In this document: positions 9,883 to 18,981 of the stretch, in pieces | How the letters are laid out: the number at the start of each line of letters is the position of its first letter | Position numbering within the stretch: position 1 is the first letter of the stretch | Assembly: GCA_963789395.1 (NCBI GenBank) | Contig: CAWBKP010000012.1 | Coordinates: forward strand, 256,001-320,000 | Direction of reading: 5' to 3' | DNA: 64,000 bases | Source: an uncultured delta proteobacterium | GTDB lineage: Bacteria > Desulfobacterota > Desulfobacteria > Desulfobacterales > Desulfatirhabdiaceae | Position numbers and translations under genes: made by a program | Notes under the pieces: generated by a model | Database searches by the model: none | What the model saw: only the letters and a program-made list of their open reading frames with translations | Told to the model about the DNA's origin: nothing

Positions 9883-11058
9883 TTAGGCCTTCTGGGCCAC
9901 GTTTGCGCCCATGAGTCCCTGGGGGCGGAAAATGAGCACCAGTATCAGGATACTGAAGGCAAAGATGTCCTTGTATTCGGTGCCGGCCGCACCCATGGTA
10001 AAAACACCCATATAGGAGCCGGCATAGGTTTCCAGCATGCCGAGAACGATGCCGCCAAGAAGCGCCCCGGTCATGTTGCCGATACCACCCAGTACCGCGG
10101 CAGTAAAAGCTTTGAGGCCGGGGAAAAATCCGACGAAGGCGTCGATCCGGGTAAATTTCAGGGCATATAAAACACCCGCGGCCCCACCCAGCATACCACC
10201 GACCAGAAATGTGAGCGAGATGATCCGGTTCACATCAATACCCATCAGGCTGGCAGTCGGATGGTCCTGGGCAACCGCGCGAATGGCCTTGCCGACCTTT
10301 GTCGCATTGACCAGATAGTTCAGCGCCATCAGCATCAGAACCGCCGAAACAATAACAATGATCGATTTGATTGACACGCCGAGGGTGATATTGGTTGCCC
10401 CCATGGACATTTTTCCAAGGATTACGCGACGATCGAAATTCCCGAAAGTGGGAAAAATCCTGTTGAACTGTCCGGTTGTCAGACTTTCCACGAGACGGAT
10501 CATATCCTGCAACAAAAATGATACACCGATTGCAGAAATCAGCGGCACCAGGCGTGAGGCATGACGCAGCGGTCTATATGCCACGCGCTCCACGGCGACA
10601 GCCAGCCCACCTGCTACCAACATGCCGCCGATGATAGCCAGAATCAGATACACATAAGCCATGACCAGAGATGCGCCTGCCAGAATTCCGAATTTATCGA
10701 GTGCAATCAGTATTTCTACCCCGACAAACGCGCCGACAGCAAAAATTTCACTGTGTGCGAAGTTGATAAATTCCAGAACACCGTACACCATGGTGTAACC
10801 CAGGGCGATGGCGGCATAGACAAAGCCGATCGTCAGTCCATCTATCGCCACCTGGGGAAGATTGACCAGGGTATAGGTATAGAGCGTGACGTTCATCCGT
10901 CCAAAAAGTGTCTGTCCTACCACGGTCTTGTCCAGAATCAGGGCCAGAACCAGGACGATGGCTGATAGAACGACCGTGGTGCCCAATGAAAAAAAGACCA
11001 TCTGGCCCAGTGGACGCATCAACTCATTGACGTTGATTGATTTAATAAACCGTTTCAT
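9883..11058 (-). CDS. livH: BCAA ABC transporter permease with N-terminal extension (alternative GTG start 11088)
   Basis: ALGYTMVYGVLEFINFAHSEIF, ERVAYRPLR, GLKAFTAAVLGGIG. Confidence 0.9.
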   Translation of the reverse strand: MKRFIKSINVNELMRPLGQMVFFSLGTTVVLSAIVLVLALILDKTVVGQTLFGRMNVTLYTYTLVNLPQVAIDGLTIGFVYAAIALGYTMVYGVLEFINFAHSEIFAVGAFVGVEILIALDKFGILAGASLVMAYVYLILAIIGGMLVAGGLAVAVERVAYRPLRHASRLVPLISAIGVSFLLQDMIRLVESLTTGQFNRIFPTFGNFDRRVILGKMSMGATNITLGVSIKSIIVIVSAVLMLMALNYLVNATKVGKAIRAVAQDHPTASLMGIDVNRIISLTFLVGGMLGGAAGVLYALKFTRIDAFVGFFPGLKAFTAAVLGGIGNMTGALLGGIVLGMLETYAGSYMGVFTMGAAGTEYKDIFAFSILILVLIFRPQGLMGANVAQKA

Positions 11059-11132
11059 ATGTGAACCCGATAAAAAATCTTCCGGCACCCTTCATGAACA
11101 GGAAAGGGGCCGGAAGGGGTGACTGGGAAGGA

Positions 11133-12323
11133 TTATTTCGGCGGAGCGATATCGAGGGTCTCAACGACCGGGTTATCGTTCCATTTTGCAGGATCAGCAG
11201 TGGCGACTTTGATCACGAAATATTTTGCAACCGTCGGATCGCCGATGCCGTTAAAGGTAAACGTTCCGGTAATGCCGGAGTAGTCCTTCAAAGCGCGGAT
11301 TGCCTTGGTAACTTCCGCTCGGGTCGGGACCTTGTTGCCGTTCGCTTTGGCGGCGGCCTCGATGGCTTTCAGACAGATGGCCATTGAATCATAACCCTGG
11401 GCCGCAAAAGGTTGCGGTGCAGCATTGTATTTGGCTTTGAAGTCAGCGACAAATTTGGCGGTACCGGGATAAATGGTGGCAGGGCCGGATACGGTGGAGT
11501 AAAAAGTTCCGCCACCGTCAAGCAGTGTCTGTCCGCCGATCTTAACCGCATCGGAAGAGTCAAAACCATCATCGCTCAGGAACATGCCCATGTATCCTTT
11601 TTCACGGGCCTGTTTGAACAGGACGGCAGCCTGGGAATACATGCCGCCGAAGTAAACCAGATCGGGGTTACCGGCAAGGATCGGGGAGAGCAGCGGATCG
11701 AAATTGGCTTTCTCTTCTGTGCCTTCAAAACCCTGAACTTTCATGCCTTTTTCCTCGGCTCTTTTTTTGAAGAACTCGGCAATGCCCTGTCCGTAAGCCG
11801 TTTTGTCATGGACAACAAAGACGCTCTTTGCTTTTTTTCCAGCGGCAAAGTCGGCACCGACAACCCCTTGAACGTCATCGCGACCGACGATACGGTTGAC
11901 TTCCATATAGCCGCGGGTGGTGACCTTCGGGTTGGTGTTGGCAGGAGAAACATTAGCCAGGCCGGAGGTGTGATAAACTTCAGAGGACGGAATCTGGACG
12001 CCGGAATTGTAATGCCCGACGACAGCCAGAATTGCAGGATCGGAGACGATACGTTTGGCATTGGCGACACCGGCGTCGGGATTGGCCTGATCATCAAACG
12101 GGGCCAGTTCGACCTTGATTCCCATTTTTGCCAGTGGTCCGCCCAATTGCTCGAGAGCCATCTCGGCGCCACGTTTGATATCAACACCGACAACGGACTG
12201 GTCACCGGAGAGCGGTGACTGGGTAGCAATCTTGATGACCTGATCGGCAGCAGCAACAGAGCCGCTGATGACCATTCCTACTGCGATTAGTAACGATAAA
12301 ACAACCAATAAGCGTTTAGTCAT
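11133..12323 (-). CDS. livK: BCAA ABC transporter substrate-binding protein
   Basis: Signal peptide MTKRLLVVLS after AAAGGAGG; SPLSGDQ, DDQANP, GHYNSG, HDKTAYGQGIA. Confidence 0.9.
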   Translation of the reverse strand: MTKRLLVVLSLLIAVGMVISGSVAAADQVIKIATQSPLSGDQSVVGVDIKRGAEMALEQLGGPLAKMGIKVELAPFDDQANPDAGVANAKRIVSDPAILAVVGHYNSGVQIPSSEVYHTSGLANVSPANTNPKVTTRGYMEVNRIVGRDDVQGVVGADFAAGKKAKSVFVVHDKTAYGQGIAEFFKKRAEEKGMKVQGFEGTEEKANFDPLLSPILAGNPDLVYFGGMYSQAAVLFKQAREKGYMGMFLSDDGFDSSDAVKIGGQTLLDGGGTFYSTVSGPATIYPGTAKFVADFKAKYNAAPQPFAAQGYDSMAICLKAIEAAAKANGNKVPTRAEVTKAIRALKDYSGITGTFTFNGIGDPTVAKYFVIKVATADPAKWNDNPVVETLDIAPPK

Positions 12324-12555
12324 ACTCCTTCCTCCTTTGTATTCAATTAGTCGGTTCAAACATCCCAAAAAATACTTCCCGCAAGTAACGTTCCTGGACA
12401 GTGATGCATACCCATTCGATTCGAAAAAGTCAAGCAGAGTCACCGCTATTGTTCAAAAAATATCTGAGGTTTTTTGAATAAAATCCAAACCGATGGTCAT
12501 GAGAGAAATTAAAATGGATGGATGTGATAGAATACATGGATCCGGGCTGACTTAT

Positions 12556-13818
12556 TCAATTGACAAATTCTGACCTGTTCTGCAACACCGCAATAATCTG
12601 TTTTCCCACCGCCTCGATCTGCCAGGTTTTAATTCCCTCAATGTCGTAAAGCGCTTCAAGTTGTTGCGGGTTTTTCTGAGAAATGGCGGTAATCAGCGCA
12701 TTGTTACACAAAAGACCCGGTTCGATCTCCAGATAAGTTGCAGCAGATTCGCGCCATTTTTTAAGTACCGCTATTCGTGCTGAAATTTGCGCATCCGGAA
12801 TCGGTTCATGGCTTCTGGGATAGACAGGCAGGAGTGAAGGATCAATTCCCATGGCAGCGTGAATGGTATTCAGCACCTGTTGGCCGTAACGATTGAGCTG
12901 TTTGATACTCAATACCTCGAGCCTTTTCAGATGTTCCATATCCCGGGGTTTTTCGATTGCCAGTTTCAGCAGTACATGATTGTGAATGACCTGATAAAGC
13001 GGCCTGTCGATTTTTCTGGCAATTGATTCCCGGAACTCCAGAAGTGCTTCCAGAACTGCAAGCGATCTTCGGCCGAGTCTGCCTGCACCCTTGAATTTCA
13101 AATAACGGGGATCGCGGTTCGGCGGCAGGGTCCGGACAAGGCTCTGAATTTCGCATTCCTGAAGAAACCAGTCCAGGCGACCGGTTTCGATCAATCTTTC
13201 TTCGAGTTTTCTGGATAATGCATTCAGATAAATAGCGTCTTGTGAGGCGTACGCCAGCATATCCTCGGGCAGGGGTCTTTGCGACCAGTCTTTTTTCTGG
13301 AATTTCTTTTCAAGCCGGATATTAAAAAATAAATTCAGTACAGCATCGAGTCCGGTAAATTGCATCCCAAGAAAACGGCAAGCCAGTTGGGTATCGAAAA
13401 GATTTATTACCTCAATGGAAAAATCTTTGTACAGGCAGCGGATGTCATAATCCGACCCATGAAACACTTTCCGGATATCGGGGTTTGCAAAAAACGGTTT
13501 AAGCGGTGAAAGACCACCGGTCTGAAGCGGATCAACCAGAAAGCATGCACGCGGGGTTGCAATCTGAACCAGACAGACCTTTTCCTGATAATGAAACAAG
13601 GAATCGGCTTCAAGATCAACACCAACAATTTCTTCGTTTTCCAGTATGCCGGCTGTTCTTACAAGGTCCTGAAGGGTCGTAATGTTTTGATGCTGGATTT
13701 TGATGAATTGATGAATCGTCGTTTTCCTTTTGTTAAAAACAATCACAAAAACAGGAATATCAGTTACACATGCGCATAACGAAATTTGAAAAAATGCCTC
13801 AAAACTCATAACACGCAA
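12556..13818 (-). CDS. rnd: Ribonuclease D (3'-5' exonuclease + HRDC domains); true start probably downstream of ORF start
   Basis: VGVDLEADS, CLVQI, FHGSDYD, FDTQLA, DWSQRPL..YASQD. Confidence 0.9.
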   Translation of the reverse strand: MRVMSFEAFFQISLCACVTDIPVFVIVFNKRKTTIHQFIKIQHQNITTLQDLVRTAGILENEEIVGVDLEADSLFHYQEKVCLVQIATPRACFLVDPLQTGGLSPLKPFFANPDIRKVFHGSDYDIRCLYKDFSIEVINLFDTQLACRFLGMQFTGLDAVLNLFFNIRLEKKFQKKDWSQRPLPEDMLAYASQDAIYLNALSRKLEERLIETGRLDWFLQECEIQSLVRTLPPNRDPRYLKFKGAGRLGRRSLAVLEALLEFRESIARKIDRPLYQVIHNHVLLKLAIEKPRDMEHLKRLEVLSIKQLNRYGQQVLNTIHAAMGIDPSLLPVYPRSHEPIPDAQISARIAVLKKWRESAATYLEIEPGLLCNNALITAISQKNPQQLEALYDIEGIKTWQIEAVGKQIIAVLQNRSEFVN

Positions 13819-13907
13819 TTATAAGCTGTGGGTATCTGGTTGATACCAGATCATTTCAGTTTTATATTTAATTTGATTTAAATTTCGAATTGCTATTCAT
13901 GCCTAAA

Positions 13908-15356
13908 TTACAAACCGATTTTGGGTTCGATGTCTTTAACAGTGCATTCAACTGTAATTTTATCCTTGTAACCCGGAGCCACTTTAAGTGAGGCCGGGCT
14001 TAACGCCAGATTAACAATGACGGTTCTGGAAGACTGAATCGACTCCAGTGGAATTTTTTCAGTATAGACAGTGGTGATATTTTTCAACAACTGTCTGCCA
14101 CCAATGATCTGTACCACACTTGGATCTATCTTGACTTTCTCCATTCTCAGATTTTCCGGCAATTTTCCGGTCCAGTCCACCTGAACCGGCAGATCTTTTT
14201 TATCCGGAACATCCAACGTGACATCCACAACAGCCGGCGTAAAACTTTTTATGAAAATGCCAGGTGGCAGGGAAATATTTTCGTTTGTGATGGTATAAAT
14301 ATTCTGCCCGATAACCGATTTGCCCAGATCAATCTTTACCCGCACGTGATCCGGCCTAAGGGCTCTCATCAAGGGGCCGGAACCGCCAAGTTGTATTTTG
14401 ATGCTGTTTACGGAGGCATCGAGAATTTCCATGCCGGGGTTCCGGTTCATATACTCTATCGGCACTTCAAATGTCACCAGGGAGTCCAGGCCTCTGGTAA
14501 TCGTTAACCATACACTGGTAATCAAAACAACGGCAACCATGGCGGCAATACGAAGTTCGATTTTTTCCTTTTTCTGTCTGGACGGATCTTCGATGGCCAG
14601 CCCAAGATGCTTCTGGAGTTGTTTTTCCAGATCGTCTTTTTTCAACACCGGCGTAATCGTTGATCCTTTAACGATCTGTATGGTTCCGCGCTCCTCGGAA
14701 ACCACCACGATCAGCGAATCCGTTGCTTCAGCCAATCCCACCGCGGCACGGTGGCGGGTGCCATAATAGGAAGGCAATTCCTGACGGTGAGACAGGGGGA
14801 GAATGACCCCGACCTCACGAATGCGATCACCTTCGATAACAATGGCTCCATCGTGAACCGGATTGTCTTCCCAGAAAATACTGGTGATCATTTCTTTTGA
14901 AATGACACCATCCCAGAGGACGCCGTTTTGTACCATTTCATTGATGTCTTCCTTGCCGGGAAAAACAATCAAGGCGCCAATTCGCTTTCTGGCCAGATCC
15001 ATGACACTGTCCGCGATGATCTGAACAGGAGTATGGAAAGACTGTTGCGGAAGCCCCCAGAACAACGCCTTGATGTTCTTGACTTGAAGAACATTGCGGA
15101 TTTCGTTTCTAAACACGACAATAATGACTAACGCAGCAACGGCTGTAATACCCTGAATGACCCAGCTTGTCACGATCAGGCCGATTGAAACAGCAATGCG
15201 CTGAAAGATCCACAAAAAAGCGAGTCCGATAAGTATCCGAAATGCATTTGTAATTCTGAATATGACATAACAGCGGAAGAGGATATAACTGTTCAAGGTG
15301 ATATCCACAACATCCTGCCATCGAATACTCTGGAGAAAAATCAGAAAACCATCCAT
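13908..15356 (-). CDS. Diadenylate cyclase (CdaA/DacA-type, 3 TM + DisA_N) fused to YbbR (CdaR-like) domains
   Basis: Catalytic HDGA and GTRHRAAVG motifs, VVSEERG; further TM then VPIEY...VDVTLD...LPVQV YbbR-like repeats. Confidence 0.9.
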   Translation of the reverse strand: MDGFLIFLQSIRWQDVVDITLNSYILFRCYVIFRITNAFRILIGLAFLWIFQRIAVSIGLIVTSWVIQGITAVAALVIIVVFRNEIRNVLQVKNIKALFWGLPQQSFHTPVQIIADSVMDLARKRIGALIVFPGKEDINEMVQNGVLWDGVISKEMITSIFWEDNPVHDGAIVIEGDRIREVGVILPLSHRQELPSYYGTRHRAAVGLAEATDSLIVVVSEERGTIQIVKGSTITPVLKKDDLEKQLQKHLGLAIEDPSRQKKEKIELRIAAMVAVVLITSVWLTITRGLDSLVTFEVPIEYMNRNPGMEILDASVNSIKIQLGGSGPLMRALRPDHVRVKIDLGKSVIGQNIYTITNENISLPPGIFIKSFTPAVVDVTLDVPDKKDLPVQVDWTGKLPENLRMEKVKIDPSVVQIIGGRQLLKNITTVYTEKIPLESIQSSRTVIVNLALSPASLKVAPGYKDKITVECTVKDIEPKIGL

Positions 15357-15361
15357 AACCC

Positions 15362-15793
15362 TTATTCCGTAACGCTGAATCGAAGAATCTGAAGAATTCG
15401 TCCTTCCGAATCGGTGATTTCTACCCGCCAGGGACCTTTATCCGATTCCCGAAGCTGAATGGCGCTGTATGTCGTCCAACGGGGCGGCATCAGCGAAAGT
15501 TTGACAGTTGTGCTGAGGTTGTCCCGGTTGTACCAGTTATGTGTAATAAATGTCCTTTCAGGTACAGGGTCGAACAGGGTATAGCAGAAAACCCTGCCGA
15601 TGCCGATAGGAAATACAACGCCTTCGAACTGCGGTTGTCGATCCTGGACTTCCTCACACATGACTGCAGTGGCTAAGATCGGTTTCTCCGCCGCCGCAGC
15701 CCTGCTAAGATGTCCTTTGTCACAAAAGGCACCAACGCACAGAAGGATGGCGGCGATAACTATGACCTTCTTCCATTTTATAAAATTCACCAT
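15362..15793 (-). CDS. Secreted DUF2914-domain protein
   Basis: Signal peptide; MCEEVQDRQP, VFCYT, ITHNWY, RWTTYS, GPWRVEITD; GGAG before ATG 15793. Confidence 0.75.
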   Translation of the reverse strand: MVNFIKWKKVIVIAAILLCVGAFCDKGHLSRAAAAEKPILATAVMCEEVQDRQPQFEGVVFPIGIGRVFCYTLFDPVPERTFITHNWYNRDNLSTTVKLSLMPPRWTTYSAIQLRESDKGPWRVEITDSEGRILQILRFSVTE

Positions 15794-16126
15794 GTTGACT
15801 CCATAATTGTTGTGTAAATACAGCTGGATAAAATTTTCCGGTTGTCTCAACCCGGTTATCCTCTTGCTTTGGATATCCGGAGAAACCCATCACGGGATAA
15901 TTGCTCTGCACCAAAGCCGAAAAACATCTCCAATACAATCTGCAAAATCCAGCATGGGCTCTTGAAATAAAGCGGGAATGGCATCGATATTGAAAATGGA
16001 AAGAACTGATAAACCGGAGATAGGATGAGATTTTTCATGGTAACATGTCAATACGTCATTATTTTACAGTTTTAATTCTGTATGAAAACCACGGGATAGT
16101 CAAGAACGAAAGCTGCGAAATATCAA

Positions 16127-16155
16127 TTGCAAAATCGGATGCATTTTCCTATCAT
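16127..16155 (+). promoter_or_regulatory. Putative sigma-70 promoter of patB-mtaD-ade
   Basis: TTGCAA-N17-TATCAT. Confidence 0.45.
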
Positions 16156-16274
16156 CTTCCAGATCGCATTCTTAATCCGCAAGGGGCGGCGGCGCCTGCA
16201 GGATTTTTTTGTTTGCCGCAAACAAAGACCGGTTCCCTGAATAATTACTTTAAGCCTGGGAGTAATGGATTATC

Positions 16275-17436
16275 ATGACCCATACCAGTAACATCTTTGA
16301 TTTTCATACTGTCATAGACCGCCGAAACACGGCCAGTCTGAAATGGGACAAATACAAAGGCCGCGACATTCTTCCCTTATGGGTCGCGGACATGGATTTC
16401 AAATCTCCCCCGTCAGTTCTGAAGGCTCTCCAGGATAGGGTTGAACATGGCATTTTCGGCTATGCCGTTACGCCGGAAGCGCTTATCGATATTACCGTTT
16501 CAATGCTTTTTGAGCAATATGAATGGCAGGTTCATCCGGACTGGCTGGTCTGGCTTCCCGGACTTGTCACCGGTTTGAACGTCACCTGCAGGGCTGTTGG
16601 AAGTCCCGGCGATGATGTTTTGACAGCCATACCCGTCTATCCGCCATTTTTGTCTGCACCCCTTCATTTTCAGCAAAATATTGTAACGGTGCCGCTGGAA
16701 TCCCGTGATGGAAGATGGGAATTTGATTTTGATAGTCTGGAAAACGCCATCACTCCAAAAACCCGGCTTTTTATGCTTTGCAATCCTCACAACCCTGTCG
16801 GCAGGGTATTTACACGGGATGAACTGCTTCGAATCGCCGCAATCTGCGAAAAACATGATCTGATAATCTGCTCCGACGAAATTCATTGCGGTATGATTCT
16901 GGATTCGGATAAATTTCACATCCCCTTTGCCGTATTGGGAAAAGAGCTCCAGGATCGGACCATCACTTTGATGGCGCCCAGCAAAACTTACAACATTGCC
17001 GGACTGGGTTGCTCCTTTGCCGTCATTTCAAATGCGCAGCTCCGCCGGAGCTTTGTTGCAGGCAATGGCCGGCATCGTCCCCCGAGTAAATGTTCTGGCC
17101 AACACCGCGGCCTTGGCCGCCTATCAGGATACCAGCCAGTGGCTGAATCAGTTGTTAGACTGCCTGAGAGACAACAGGGACCGTGTGTTCTCGTCCGTAT
17201 CTCAAATGAAAGGTTTTTCCATTTGCCATACGGAAGCAACCTATCTTTCCTGGATCGATGCACGGAAATCCGGTTTGGCTGATCCCGCGGTTTTTTTTGA
17301 AAATGCCGGTGTCGGACTGTCCGATGGTGCGGAATTCGGTACCCCCGGATTTCTGCGCTTGAATTTCGGGTGTCCCCGGGCTACATTGGATGAAGCCCTT
17401 GAACGAATGAAATCAGCATTACAGGGCAAGAGATAA
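16275..17436 (+). CDS. MalY/PatB PLP-dependent C-S lyase, split by a +1 frameshift near 17055-17062
   Basis: SLKWD, PLWVADMDF, CNPHNPVGR, SDEIH, APSKTYN; second frame gives ATYLSWID and FLRLNFGCPR. Confidence 0.85.
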
Positions 17437-17477
17437 CGATTTCAGTGACTGAGATGGACAAAAAGGGCTAACAAAAT

Positions 17478-17613
17478 AAATTCGAATATCTAAATCCGAA
17501 ATCGAAAAAAATTCAAAATTCTATTTTCAAAATAACCGAGACCATCCGTTTGGTCACAAACGCTTTTGACTTTTTGTATTTGATCATTGTTTCGGATTTC
17601 GTGCTTCGAATTT
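17478..17613. repeat. AT-rich inverted-repeat intergenic element
   Basis: AAATTCGAATATCTAAATCCGAAA (17478-17501) and TTTCGGATTTCGTGCTTCGAATTT (17590-17613), 20/24 complementary. Confidence 0.6.
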
Positions 17614-17643
17614 TGAATTTTGATTAAAAAGGTCTGTTTCTGA

Positions 17644-18981
17644 ATGCAGCTTGATACGCTTATCGTAAATGCCATGCTCGTTACGGTTAACCCGGATTTT
17701 GAGATCATCAAAAATGGTTGGGTGGGTATAAAGGACAGGCGAATCGTTATGGTTCAATCCCACCAAACGGATTTACCGCTTCCGAATGCCATTGAAACCG
17801 TTGACGCCGAAGGCGGCATCGTGATGCCGGGACTGGTGAACACCCATACCCATCTTCCCATGACATTGTTTCGCGGCCTGGCTGATGATCTTCCACTGAT
17901 GACATGGCTGAATGATCATATTTTCCCGGCTGAAGCCAACTTCATCCAGCCTGAATTTGTTTACACGGCTACGCTCCTGGCCTGCGCCGAGCTGCTGCTG
18001 TCCGGAACCACAACCTGCTGCGACGGATATTTTTTCGAACACGATTGCGCGCAGGCTGTTTCGCTGTCCGGATTAAGAGCTGTATTGGGCCAGGGCGTAA
18101 TTGACTATCCGGCGCCCGGCGTTCCGGATCCATCCGAAAACACCACAGCTGCAAGCAATTTCATTCATCGCTGGCAAAACGTGACCCCGCTGATCCAGCC
18201 GTCTATTTTCTGTCATTCTCCCTATTCCTGTTCGGAGAAAACTCTTCGGAAGGCAAAGAACATCGCCCATTCCACCGGTGCATTATTTCAGATTCACGCT
18301 GCTGAAACCAGGTTCGAATACGATTTAATTAAAGAACGCCACCGTATGAGTCCCATTGGCTATCTCAACAGTCTGAACATTCTGGATGCCCGCACCATGC
18401 TGGTTCATGCAATCTGTCTGGATGATATGGATATCGACATTGTCGCCCGGTCTGGGGCATCCATCTCCCATACTCCGGAAAGCGCGATGAAACTGGGATC
18501 CGGCATTGCCAGAATTCCGGAATTCTTACAGGCAAATATCCGTGTGGGACTGGGAACCGATGGCTGCGCCAGCAACAATAACCAGGACATGTTTCAGGAA
18601 ATGGACATGGCCGCAAAACTCCATAAGGTTTCAACCCTGAACCCCCAGGCCATGCAGTCCCGAACCGTCCTGGAGATGGCCACCATCGGCGGGGCCAGGG
18701 CCATCGGTCTGGATCATACCGTCGGCTCACTGGAACCGGGAAAACTGGCCGACATCATCATTCTGGATACACATGCCCCGCACCTGACCCCCCTGTATCA
18801 CCCGGAGTCCCACATCGTATATGCGGCAAATGGCTCGGATGTGCGGGACGTGATGGTCAACGGGAAATGGCAGGTGAAAAACCGCAGGCTCGTTTCCCTG
18901 AATCTTGGCGAAATTCTCGATCAGGCACGGGCCGAAGGAAACCGCATTCAACACTGGAGAACCCGCCGTGAAAAGATATGA
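17644..18981 (+). CDS. mtaD: 5'-methylthioadenosine/S-adenosylhomocysteine deaminase family amidohydrolase
   Basis: PGLVNTHTH, RGLADDLPLMTWL, HSPYS, HAAET, GLGTDGCASNN. Confidence 0.8.
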   Translation: MQLDTLIVNAMLVTVNPDFEIIKNGWVGIKDRRIVMVQSHQTDLPLPNAIETVDAEGGIVMPGLVNTHTHLPMTLFRGLADDLPLMTWLNDHIFPAEANFIQPEFVYTATLLACAELLLSGTTTCCDGYFFEHDCAQAVSLSGLRAVLGQGVIDYPAPGVPDPSENTTAASNFIHRWQNVTPLIQPSIFCHSPYSCSEKTLRKAKNIAHSTGALFQIHAAETRFEYDLIKERHRMSPIGYLNSLNILDARTMLVHAICLDDMDIDIVARSGASISHTPESAMKLGSGIARIPEFLQANIRVGLGTDGCASNNNQDMFQEMDMAAKLHKVSTLNPQAMQSRTVLEMATIGGARAIGLDHTVGSLEPGKLADIIILDTHAPHLTPLYHPESHIVYAANGSDVRDVMVNGKWQVKNRRLVSLNLGEILDQARAEGNRIQHWRTRREKI

